Shown here: one piece after another, positions 24,873 to 37,004 of the stretch
Layout: every line of letters starts with the position of its first letter
How positions within the stretch are numbered: the stretch's first letter is position 1
Assembly: GCA_030141605.1 (NCBI GenBank)
Contig: JAQGDQ010000714.1
Coordinates: 1-64,000 of the forward strand
Length of the DNA: 64,000 nt
Reading direction: 5' to 3'
Origin: Tubiluchus corallicola
Taxonomy: Eukaryota; Animalia; Priapulida
The notes under the pieces: model-generated
The model's input: the letters and a program-made list of their open reading frames with translations, nothing else
Database searches by the model: none
Told to the model about the DNA's origin: nothing
Program-made: the position numbers and the translations under genes

Positions 24873-25482
24873 CTAACTGAGTCACAGTCACAGAATAATA
24901 ATGTAAAATAACTGATATGCATAACGTTTATTTAACAATACAATCACGTTACTGACTTAGTAAAAAAAGAACGTAACATTACCCATATTATAACACACTC
25001 ACACAGGAAGAGCGTGAAATTTATTAGCATATAGAAATAAAACAGTAGTTATATTCAAGTATATCGTACAGTTCTACGTAATTTAAGAAACTGAAGTTGT
25101 TATTTTCGTGACCATCTAAAATGTCTAATACAAAGTGTATAGTATTCATTTTGTCATTATCAAAACTCCATTGGCAATTACTGATATCTTTTAAAACTTT
25201 TTTCAAGTTATTCAATGTAGTGCAGTTATCGAACAAATAGACAAGTTAGCGTTAGGAGATTATTGCTAGACAAATTTTTTACATAAATCTTTACAAAACG
25301 TTTTTGAAATGTCACAATAGGTTGATTAGTATTTCATACAAACGGTAAGAGATAGTGATGACTACGATATGCTAAATTCCAAATTTTTTTCAAGCATTTT
25401 TCAAACAATATGCCGGGCTGTGTTAATGTATTCAATATTACGGCTGATAAGTTTCCAAGTCTGAGATATGTAAAGTGATTAA

Positions 25483-25897
25483 CCCTTTCATACCCGTTGT
25501 ATCCCGTGCGATACAAGAATATTTTCTGCCTTTAAAATTAATAAAATTTTAAAACTGACAGTTATTTGATCTGTTAATAGTTATTTTGATTTAAGCCAAT
25601 AACATTAGACTGAAAATAGTGATAAAATGGCAAACTAGAAAATCTACATAGCATAAAAAACTGCGCAAAGTACAGTACTTTAGAGACGACTTTGTACAGA
25701 TCAGTATAGCATGCATACTAAATGTCTTAAATACTTTAAAAAATACATTTTTTGCTTTTGTTGTGTTTTTGAAAAAGCCGGACTTTGTTTTTTTGCATAT
25801 GACAAAGAATGTTGTGTATCCCACAGGATACATTGGGAACAAAAGTACCAAGCCAAAATTTTTTTTCTTATTAAAAAATAATTTGGGACTGAAAGGG
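25483..25897. mobile_element. piggyBac-like MITE
   Basis: TTAA|CCCTTTCA...TGAAAGGG|TTAA; second copy at 51501-51957. Confidence 0.85.
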
Positions 25898-26704
25898 TTA
25901 ACAATATGTCTGGAACATTTTAAATTGTTTTATTATCAGTGACAAAAGCTTTATATTGGTAAAATAAACACAAGAAGCAATATGCATTTTGTTATACCAA
26001 GTCAATGACCAAAATTGAGGAGTTTAATGTTATTGTAATTTGAGTGGAACTATTTTTTGTATACGCTGTATTTTTCTGTTAGTGTAAATAATTGTTGTCC
26101 ACCTGTACAGAAAATTGTCAATAAATTTCCACGTCAACACTATTTTTTCATTAAAATTTCGTTGATTCATTTATTGTAAATTCTGGTGTTTTAATAAGGG
26201 TGCGGTATTTTACGCTAGAAATAGTTACGTATTTAGGTTACAGCAGACAGCAGCTGTATGTGTTTCTGTATTATTGTTAATAGGTAAAATACAGCTCCTG
26301 CACCACGTATGATAAAAGCGTTAAAATGTTATTAGAAGCAAAGTTAAGTTTCTCAGGTTTTGAAACATCTATTGTCCTTGTATAACGGTTTTTCTTCGTC
26401 CTGAGCAGGTAACAATCTTCCCTGTATCTTTAGAATATGAATTATATTTTAAATTCTTAAATATTTCATTGTGTATAGGGAGGTTAATTTCTTTTAAATT
26501 CGTTAGTTTGAAGCATTTTAGGAACCGCTTGGCCGCGAATGTAAACCGGGCACGCAACAATACGCATTCATTTTCATTTTTATTAATTCCATATAGCAGT
26601 GAGTGAGCATTCTTGGCGTTAGACGAATTTGCTCGCTAAAATTCTTTAACGAAATTCATATAGAAAACATGTTCTAATATATTGCAAAAAATTGTTAGTT
26701 TGCC

Positions 26705-27032
26705 AATAAATAAATAAATAAATAAATGAAACGAAACTATGTATAGTATTTAGTCCTTTTAGTAACTAAAACAACAGCATGCTAGCAACAATTTTCCAAT
26801 GTATTCCACTTGGTCAATAAATAAATAAATATAACGAAACTATGTATAGTATTTAGTCCTTTTAGTAACTAAAACAACAGCATGCTAGCAACAATTTTCC
26901 AATGTATTCCTCTTGGTCAATAAATTAATTAATAAATAAATAAATAAAACAAAACTATGTATAGCATTTAGTCCTTTTAGTGACTAAAACAAGAGCATGC
27001 TAGCAACAATTTTCCAATGTATTCCACTTGGT
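26705..27032. repeat. Three tandem copies of a ~110-bp unit with (TAAA)n
   Basis: AAACTATGTATAG...GCATGCTAGCAACAATTTTCCAATGTATTCC present three times. Confidence 0.9.
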
Positions 27033-27716
27033 GTTTTCCTGTTACGCAAATTTTCCCCCTCGCCGTAAACATCTCCCTGCCGTCCTGACCCAGTTCCGAC
27101 AAAACTAAACAGTATTATAAATATTATTTGACATTTAGTGTGGTATAAAATCTACAGTACGCCTAGCACAACCACTAAAACTGTAATAATCATAGGATTG
27201 TCACATACAGACAATCTACTCAGCTCTAAAATATTTAACGGCCCGGGTTTTATGTAGAGGGTTTACTACACAGTAAAATCTACAGTCTGTGTGTGTGTAC
27301 AGTACAGTACAGCATCATAAAGTTCTTGGGTGATAAATTATAATACAGGAAATTTTGCCCGTATCGAGTACGCGAGAAAGGGATGCATTTTGCGTATAAT
27401 AAGAGCGTTAAAACGAACAACACGAGAAAAATTGTTCGGTATTGGGAAGTTATTTCTTGTTGATGGAGAAACCGGCCGTCAGCTAGCTTCAACAGAGAAG
27501 CCACGCTTTCAGCCGACGGCATTTTGCTCACGACTCAAAATTGCGCTAACTTAACACACTGATAGTATTAATAATAATATTCTTGTTATATATATATATA
27601 TTGTTAATCAGCTACGCAATATTAAATTTTAGTGTAATTTTATATATATTATTATTATTGTTAACTAGTAAGCTAACTTGTGAACTAACCTCACTTTAGT
27701 CGTTTGTATTAATTTG

Positions 27717-27736
27717 TATTATTATTATTATTATTG

Positions 27737-27817
<81 letters not shown>

Positions 27818-27818
27818 C

Positions 27819-27895
<77 letters not shown>

Positions 27896-28517
27896 GTTTA
27901 TTTCGCATAAAAATATACAGCTTAAAAAGACAACAGGATGCTAGTAAAGTAACATATTTACAGGAATTCAACATTGTAATATCCACTCATTTCAGAACTC
28001 TTGTAATTGTATTACAAAAAAATATACGGTTTTGCAAAAATCGATAACAGGTACCTTAAAACATAATCTTTAAATGAGTTCTTAACCTTTAACTTTACAT
28101 TTTCGTTTAGATCTACAGTACAATCATATTTTAATCGTAAATTTACTTGACTGTTATTTACATAGTAGCATAGCTTTGGAAATCTCAGAAGTTGTGCAGA
28201 ACTTTGCAATTTTTCTCTTAATTTTCGATAATTGTCTATTAAATAATTCGCAGGCATTGTGCCACAAAAATGCATCAACAATTTCACGCTTTCATTTTGT
28301 CCAAAACTGAATATTTTTCTATAAGCAGTGTTCCATTTTACCCTAATAGCATTAACTTCGTTATTTGATATACCGCCAATTTCGCATCCGTATAACAAAA
28401 TTGGTAGACAGTATGTGTTGATAAGAGTTTTAGCTACGAGTTCATTACGATTATGGCCCATATTTGAAAGAATATTATTCACTGAACCAATAAATTTCCT
28501 ATTTAACTTTGAAACAG
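27717..28517 (-). mobile_element. Non-LTR retrotransposon 3' end with (TAA)n tail (left arm of fold-back)
   Basis: ORF with YCLPILLYGCE...WNTAYRKIF (post-RT region of LINE ORF2); AATAAA then (TAA)n. Confidence 0.85.
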
Positions 28518-28589
28518 TTCAATTATTATAAAGATTCAGTAATTATTGCAAGAACACGCCGGTGCACATATGCCTGCCTGCCTTTGTAT

Positions 28590-28656
28590 AACGTGTAGCT
28601 CAAACAACAACAGCGTGCGCCTTGAAAGCTTGTTGGTTCAAATCCCGGCCGACTCA
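28590..28656 (+). other. Degenerate tRNA-like (SINE head-like) segment
   Basis: GTGTAGCTCAA A-box-like and GGTTCAAATCCCGG B-box; no full cloverleaf. Confidence 0.45.
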
Positions 28657-28741
28657 CAATTTTTCAACGCAACTTGGCCAACTGTTGCAAGCGTGATGAC
28701 TTTCTTATGCTAGTTATTATTCATAATCAACAAAATATTGA

Positions 28742-29391
28742 TGTTTCAAGGTTAAAAAGGAAATTTATTGGTTCAGTGAATAATATTCTTTCAAATATGG
28801 GCCATAATCGTAATGAACTCGTAGCTAAAACTCTTATCAACACATACTGTCTACCAATTTTGTTATACGGATGCGAAATTGGCGGTATATCAAATAACGA
28901 AGTTAATGCTATTAGGGTAAAATGGAACACTGCTTATAGAAAAATATTCAGTTTTAGACAAAATGAAAGCGTTAAATTGTTAATGTATTTTTGTGGCACA
29001 ATGCCTGCGAATTATTTAATAGACAATCGAAAACGAAAATTAAGAGAAAAATTGCAAAGTTCTGCACAACTTCTGAGATTTCCAAAGCTATGCTACTATG
29101 TAAATAACAGTCAAGTAAATTTACGATTAAAATATGATTGTACTGTAGATCTAAACGAAAATGTAAAGTTAAAGGTTAAGAACTCATTTAAAGATTATGT
29201 TTTAAGATACCTGTTATAGATCCTTACAAAACCGTATAATGTAATACAATTACAAGAGAACTAAAATGAGTGGATATTACAAAGTTGAATTTCTGTAGAT
29301 ATGTTACTTTACTAACATCGTATTACCTGTTTTACTAACATCTTTATCTTTATCTTTGTAAACTGTATATTTTTATACGAAATAAACTCAC

Positions 29392-29479
<88 letters not shown>

Positions 29480-29491
29480 GTGATGGTGATT

Positions 29492-29523
<32 letters not shown>

Positions 29524-29629
29524 GATAACGACGACGACGATGATGATGATAGTAGTAATAATAATGATGATACTGATGATGATGATGATGATAATGATGA
29601 TGATAATAATAGTAATAGTAATAATAATA

Positions 29630-29672
<43 letters not shown>
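28742..29672 (+). mobile_element. Non-LTR retrotransposon 3' end with (TAA)n tail (right arm of fold-back)
   Basis: Near-identical inverted copy of the left arm; ORF 28674-29219. Confidence 0.85.
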
Positions 29673-29679
<7 letters not shown>

Positions 29680-30044
29680 TTACTCAAACTTAATCACTTT
29701 TATATTTGCGTGGTTCTAATATAGGCAAAAAGAGTTGGATAGCTAGTTTAATAAATTTCCTGAAACTTAAAATTGCTTCACTAAAATTGTATTGTGTTGT
29801 TGATGAGATTTTGATTGAGTTAGAAGAATAATAATCGCATCACCAAACCTTCAATCGTCCCTCATGTACTTGCAAGATATCATAAATTACCCGTAACTGA
29901 TAAATGTAGCTATCTGCTTGAGTCGCTATTCACAAAGATTGGTGACGCGGAAATTGTTAAAGAATTAATACAATTTTATCCTTCAAATCTATAGGGCAAG
30001 CAGAGCCATACTGATTGATAGGCACTGGCCTGCAGCACTAGGGA

Positions 30045-30316
30045 CAACTATTCAAATATAAAGAACAATTGCTATATGCAAGACAATGGATATTTTGGAC
30101 AGTAAATTGAAATGAAATCGAGTCTAAACAATCGTCCGGTCTTCCTTTGAGCTTTATAGGCAAGACAATGAATATTTTGGACAGTAAATTAAAATGAGAT
30201 TGAGTCTAAACAATCGTCCGGTCTTCCTTTAAGCTTTATAGGCAAGAAAATGTATATTTTGGACAGTAAATTAAAATGAGATTGAGTCTAAACAATCGTC
30301 CGGTCTTCCTTTGAGC
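30045..30316 (-). mobile_element. Kolobok/T2-like MITE end, terminal ~80 bp triplicated
   Basis: TCGTCCGGTCTTCCTTT three times; reverse complement of the TTAA|AGGAAGACCGGACGA terminus at 54840; related termini at ~34628 and ~43657. Confidence 0.65.
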
Positions 30317-30881
30317 TGCTGAGTTCACGAAGCAGTGCATTACTGTTACGGGACGCTTCATCGCTATTTTTAAGATGCAAACAAAGCCTCACCAGTACAC
30401 AAAATTATGCGAAAATGGTTTTAGTCACTAGTGCGGCATATCGCACACACTAGCATGACAACCGCACACACGTTAAGTTGGCACACAATCAGTCCAAAGT
30501 GGCTAGAGTCCAAGACACAAATCTAGCCGGGTGAACTGCGTTTAGACTGACACTAGTCAAATTTCTGTAAATGGACAACTTGAACAGTTTACTTCAAGCA
30601 AATGAATGAACCTACAGCAAATTTTTGATCAGCATTCTGCAATCCAGCATGCACAACTTACGTGTAAGCCTACTAAAACGTAGATGGTGGATTTCTACTG
30701 GTGGCGGCAGGACCAAAACCACAGTAGTTTTCCTAAATGTCACCCATCTATTTCTTGAACAGATTCGGCATTGCTTAATTTCAGCTGCCAAGCACACACT
30801 GACCACGCAGTGTCTCTACCCCATGAAAAAGTAATCCTGACTCAGTCTAATGAATTGTGAAGAAGCCAGTAAAATACTCAC

Positions 30882-31046
30882 TGAGGTCAAACTGCCCCGT
30901 GATGTTCCATCCACCAGAGTCTTCGATGAGGCGTACCAATGGCTTCGCTCCGAGTTTCTCGATGGTTTCGTTCTTGTCCAGGCAAGCGACGTAGTATCGC
31001 TGAGCTTTACGTTCGGATTCGGATGCAAGCTCGTTCATTGGTTGTT
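30882..31046 (-). CDS. ECE: M13 peptidase (ECE/neprilysin-like), third visible coding exon
   Basis: (E)[54 protein letters not shown]; TTCAG acceptor, GTGAGT donor, phase 1-1. Confidence 0.93.
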
Positions 31047-32519
31047 CTGAAAACAATGAGATATATCCATGTCACAATGACTTAGAATACAGAATTTTGT
31101 ATACTGCACCGGAAGCAATAAAGAGAATAAGTTTTTTGCTCGCGTCAAACTACTAAACTAACTTAATTAATATTTTACTTGCAAAGGCCCTGCAAAAAAT
31201 TTTGCGTATAAGTACATGTATAATCAAAAATACGCAAACATCCTACCTAGTGTTTGTTTACTTACCTAACGCAAAGCTAGTAGCAGCTTTTACTGAATTA
31301 AAGTTATAAGATTATAGACAAAGTACAATGGATGACGTCACAACAACGGCTTTGCGTCAGCAGTTTTCCAAGCGAAAATTGCCGAAAATAGAACATCTAA
31401 TTAACTCGTCCGTACTCCTCTTGGTGGACGTGTCCTAAAATATAGCCCACATCATCGTGTAGCCCTGTTCTTCCTCTTTCTAAAGAGCTGTATATCTCCT
31501 TTCGAGAGGGCCCACCAGGCGCCACTAGAACGTTTTTTCCGCAGGCTGTTTGGTCAAAATTTCGAAAATATTAATGACTTAGAATACCGAATTTTGTATA
31601 CTGCACGGAAGCAATAAAGAGAATAAGTTTTTTTGCTCGTGTCAAACTATTAAACTAACTTAATTAATATTTTATTTGATAGTAAGACAGACTTAGTGTC
31701 ACCACGCCTGAATGTGACGAAAATTAAAAACAAAATTTAGAGGAATTAAAGTGTTACACTAATGACTTTTTGTTTTACTACATAAAAATTTTGACAAATG
31801 CAAAAATGAAAATAATTTATTTCTTTCAAATTAACTGAGGAAACAAAAAGTATATATGAAATTGATATGGCTTATATTAATACCTAAGTTAAGGCAAGAC
31901 AAGACAAGATAAAACATGATAAGGTAAGAAAGAGGAGAGGAGAGAAGACGAAAGAAGAGGAGAGAAGAGAAGATTAGGTTATATCAAATTTGTCGTGCCT
32001 TGTGGTAATCATAGATAATTAATTTCAGTTGGATCAATGTTAAAATACCAACTACTAACAGAATTTAAGAATTTAAAGACCATTAAAACTCTTTCACATA
32101 ATGTGAACCATCAAAAATGTTCGTACACTATGTCCAAAGCAAAAGCTAAAAGTTAGCCATGCAAAAAAGTTTATTTTCTTAGTAAAAGGACACACAAAGT
32201 GGCACAAACATTTAGAAATTTCGAAACAAATAACTTTTACAGTTAAAACTCACAGAAATATGCCACATGAACATCTGAAACAATTAAAAAAAAATAAAAA
32301 GTACAGAAGGTGTGAAAATGCAAAACAATTACAGCAGGTTAACAACACCTTTCACACTTTTGCTCTGTTCACATGAGGTAGATACCAAATTCTCAAACTA
32401 ACTTAATAATCTATAAATATGTACAACTTTTTTCTCGTAATGCTTTTCAGATTTTCTTCATTTGTCTAAAAACTAAAATTTCATACATAGTGAGTTGTTT
32501 CGTAGTTTTCACTCAAACA

Positions 32520-33265
32520 CCCTTAGGAACTAATGATCTGTTGAAGTTGTTATTATTCGGAAAAGATGAATTTAACTATGTTGCTAACTGTAAAATATTT
32601 CAATGCATACATGACCTTATATTACGTATTAAACGCTTCCAGTAATTTCTATCTGGTATGAAATGCATCAGTCTTAAATATTCGTACATTAATATTTTCT
32701 AACCGTCATTTTCTACTAATGTCTAATGTAATTTTGTAGTAAAACTTGTCAGCTTGTGTAGTTATAGTCTATTCTTACTGTAAATGTTACTAATGTCTAA
32801 TGTAATCTTGTAGTAAAACTTGTCAGCTTGTGTAGTTATAGTCTATTCTTACTGTAAATGTTACTAATGTCTAATGTAATCTTGTAGTAAAACTTGTCAG
32901 CTTGTGCAGGTATAGTCTATTCTTACTGTAAATGTTACTAATGTCTAATGTAATCTTGTAGTAAAACTTGTCAGCTTGTGTAGTTATAGTCAATTCTTAC
33001 TGTAAATGTTACTAATGTCTAATGTAATCTTGTAATAAAACTTGTCAGCTTGTGTAGTTATAGTCAATTCTTACTGTAAATGTTACTAATATCTAATATC
33101 TAATGTAATCTTGTAGTAAAACTTGTCAGCTTGTGTAGTTATAGTCTATTGTTACTGTAAATGTTTTTGTAAATAGTGTATAAAGTCTGTTGTGTTGAGG
33201 ATCCTAAATCATGTTGTTCAAACTGTCTGATCCAATCCTATAATAAATTATGTTTAAACTAACGA
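32520..33265 (+). mobile_element. LINE 3' end with a 74-bp 3'-UTR unit expanded ~6x; inverted homolog at ~38600-39290
   Basis: DLLKLLLFGKDEFNYVANCKIF...IKRFQ*; unit ACTAATGTCTAATGTAATCTTGTAGTAAAACTTGTCAGC... Confidence 0.8.
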
Positions 33266-33387
33266 TTATGTTGAACTCACATTTTGGCAATTTTGCATTT
33301 TGTTGTGATTTTTATACTGATAAATAACCGCGAATGTGAAGTAAATCAATTTTAAGCTTTAAATCTTTCAAATAACAATCTGCATAC

Positions 33388-33594
33388 CTAACACATTTTT
33401 CAAGACCAGCTGATTTTCCTGCCACAGCGATCCAAATGTTCCCCACATGCTCTTCCCTTCCGGGATGGGATTAGCCTTAATCCAGCCCCCGCAGGCGTAA
33501 TGGTAGAAATCCTGGCAGGGATTAATGGTGCGGTCCATGGCGTTGATGATGGCGCTGGCGACGGTGATGCAGGCGGGTGTCAGACAGTACTTTT
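33388..33594 (-). CDS. ECE: M13 peptidase (ECE/neprilysin-like), second visible coding exon
   Basis: (E)KYCLTPACITVASAIINAMDRTINPCQDFYHYACGGWIKANPIPEGKSMWGTFGSLWQENQLVLKNVL; CxxxxC...PCxDFYxYACGGW M13 signature. Not in the ORF track. Confidence 0.96.
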
Positions 33595-34844
33595 CTGAAA
33601 CTAAAAGAACGAGGTAGTTAAGTAATACTACCTAACAGAAAGGTGTGAAAGCTGCTTAATGTGACTAGTATCGTTTCATTGAAAATCAATGGGGCTGTCA
33701 AACATCAATTAATGCTGACACAGACCAATGAAAAAGTATGTTAAACTGCAGCTCATAGACATGTGTATACAACACATTTGTAAAGATTTTGCATATTGAT
33801 GGGATAATGTCGTCTGTGTTAACTTAGTATTAGAGTGGCGTTTAATACAAGCTTTTTTTATTACAACTTAGCAATTTGCTTGATCATAGTGCCACAGACC
33901 AATGAAAAAGTGTGTTAAACTGCAGCTCATAACGATAATAATAATAACGACTGTAGTAATTTATCGGTGCCACGGAAGGTTGAATCACCCCAGAGAAACT
34001 TACTCCACTTATTTAATCCTTAAAAAGGTGTTCAAGGTTCAGAGTCTCCCGTCCCTCCTCTCCCTGCGGGAAATGGTTCACCTTATGCGGAAGATAGTCC
34101 AGCCGTAGTTCACATTTGTAAAGATTTTGCATATTGATGGGATGTCGTCTAACAATTTACAGAGTGACATTTAACACAAGTAACTGTTTTTTTATGATAG
34201 ACTGGTTTATTTACTATGTTATAATATAAGGACGAAAGATATATTAACAACAAATAATTTTAGACTAAAAAAGTGAAAAGTTTTGTAGAGAATCTGCAGC
34301 TTCAGTTCTAAATTTGACTCTTATTCAATGATTGAATTGACTAAATTTCAGTCAAATACCTAATATTTGGCTAAATTGAAAGAATTGAATCTTATTCAAT
34401 GATTGAATTGACCAAATTTCAGTCAGGTACCTAATATTTGGCTAAATTGAACATACAGACTTGGAACATCCGCGGTAAATACAGCAAAGCAGTTTTTGCC
34501 ACAATTTTCTTTTCCATGTAAACAACTTTTATTAACGATGACATTTTCCGTGAATAAAATTAACGTCATTCAGTCTTAATTAACATGCAAAAATTACATA
34601 TATTGATTCAGCACTTACGTTCGCTTATTAAAGGAAAACCGGACCTCGTCTTATACTACAGAGCTCAAAACAATGTATGATTGTGTATATATGTATATGT
34701 TGTGATGTCATCACTAGCTTGGCTCACCTGACGTCAATCAAGTTATCAATCCATTATTTAACACATTGGCATTATTACAGGTCTTAAAATGGACACTTTT
34801 TACTGTACTTCAAAATGCAGCAGGATACGAAACATAACAGAGCT

Positions 34845-36056
34845 GTACATGCTACGAAAGACACGACACAGCACTGACAAGAGTCTACAGCAGACCTTCC
34901 CTTTTTATAAGCTCAGGTGTGCACGTGACTAGTGGCTTTTACTAACACAAGGTCAGAGTACGAGTCTGTCCTAGATAAAGCCACGTTCACATGCACACCC
35001 GGGAAATGTGAACAGAACTGCACATGCTACGAAAGACACGACCACTGACAGGGTCTACAGCAGACCTTCCCTTTTTATAAGCTCAGGTGTGCACGTGACT
35101 AGCGGCTTTTACTAACACAAGGTCAGAATACGAGTCTGTGCTAGATAAAGCCACGTTCACATGCGCAACTGAGAAGTCTACTGTATTCCCCTGCCAGCAC
35201 TACATTTCATTTCATCACAGCCCTGTAGTACACTATTATTTATAAACTCAGGTGTGCACGTGACTAGTGGCTTTTACTAACACAAGGTCAGAATACAAGT
35301 CTGTGCTAGATAAAGCCACGTTCACATGCACACCCGAGAAGTCTTCTGCATTCCCCTGCCAGCATTTCATTTCATCACAGCCCTGTAGTACACTATTATT
35401 TATAAACTCAGGTGTGCACGTGACTAGTGGCTTTTACTAACACAAGGTCAGAATACAAGTCTGTGCTAGATAAAGCCACGTTCACATGCACACCTGAGAA
35501 GTCTACTGTATTCCCCTGCCAGCATTACATTTCATTTCATCACAGCCCTGTAGTACACTATTATTTATAAACTCAGGTGTGCACGTGACTAGTGGCTTTT
35601 ACTAACACAAGGTCAGAATACGAGTCTGTGCTAGATAAAGCCACATTCACATGCACACCCGAGAAGTCTACTGTATTCCCCTGCCAGCATTACATTTCAT
35701 TTCATCACAGCCCTGTAGTACACTATTATTTATAAGCTCAGGTGTGCACGTGACTAGTGGCTTTTACTAACACAAGGTCAGAATACGAGTCTGTCCTAGA
35801 TAAAGCCACGTTCACATGCACACCTGAGAAGTCTACTGTATTCCCCTGCCAGCATTACATTTCATTTCATCACAGCCCTGTAGTACACTATTATTTATAA
35901 ACTCAGGTGTGCACGTGACTAGTGGCTTTTACTAACACAAGGTCAGAATACAAGTCTGTGCTAGATAAAGCCACGTTCACATGCACACCCGAGAAGTCTA
36001 CCGTATTCCCCCGCCAGCATTACATTTCATTTCATCACAGCCCTGTAGTACACTAA
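34845..36056. repeat. 165-bp tandem repeat (~5 full plus 2 variant units) abutting the ECE exon donor
   Basis: TATAA(A/G)CTCAGGTGTGCACGTGACTAGTGG at 35401, 35566, 35731 and 35896. Confidence 0.95.
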
Positions 36057-36071
36057 TATGGAACTGCTTAC

Positions 36072-36390
36072 CAGGAAGGGGAACAGTAGCTGTAGTTGCA
36101 ATTGGCACAGGTGTAGGTAAAATAGAGTGTCCTATTGTTGAAATCTCGATGAGTTGACCACTCCGACTATTCTGTCGAGAAACGACACACGACAAAATGA
36201 CGATTATCAACACGCAGGTCAGCAAGAGCACTAGGACAGTCTTCTCTAACAACGTTCGCCGGTACCATAGACTTGACGCACTGTACTTCTTTATAGTCAC
36301 GCCGGGTTCGTAGGTCATGGTGGCGCCACCGTTTGCCTCGCCATCCTCGTCGTCGAACTCGGTCCGCCGGTACTTGCTGGTTGCCGACAT
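36072..36390 (-). CDS. ECE: M13 peptidase (ECE-like), first visible coding exon: cytoplasmic tail and type II transmembrane anchor
   Basis: MSATSKYRRTEFDDED...WYRRTLLEKTVLVLLLTCVLIIVILSCVV; resembles the ECE N-terminal Y-K/R-R-x-x-x-D-E-E-D motif; AG directly before ATG; GTAAGC donor. Confidence 0.9.
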
Positions 36391-37004
36391 CTTATAAAAA
36401 TTAAAGAAAAATTTGTTAACAGTACTGCTAAGCAGGGAAGGGAAATTGATCATATTTTTTTATTACGAGATTTTCTCCTTCAGCAATGTCATCAGTTCAA
36501 GGTCCGATACATTGTTAAATCAACATTCACTATAATTATTTTTTTTCAAATTAAACGATGGATTTTTCCTCAAAAGTGCTCTTATTTTACCACTTCGTCA
36601 TTTCAAAAAAAATAAATCGTTTTTAAATTTAACAAAATGTACAATTTTGAAGGTTTTTTCTAAATCTGTTTCTTTCAACAATACACCACAAGCAGTTTCA
36701 TTCTTCTGTCGTTTTTCTGCCTAATACGACACAAACAGTTTGCTTACATTTTCTTATATGTACACATCAGGAACAATACACCACAAGCAGTTTCATTCTT
36801 CTGTCGTTTTTTTTGCCTAATACGACACAAACAGTTCGCTTACACTTTCTTATATATACATACAACGGGTGTTAATTAGCCATTTAGCTGACACCTAACT
36901 GGTGTATTCTTGACTATGTTATTAGTGACATTTTCTTCAGTTTGCTTGTTTGTGGTTAGGAATTGATGACTTTTAAGTTTGTTCTTTCTCCTTTTTCATT
37001 TCTT

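Noticed and set aside
28590-28656. tRNA gene
   Set aside because: Only A/B-box-like motifs; no complete cloverleaf can be drawn.
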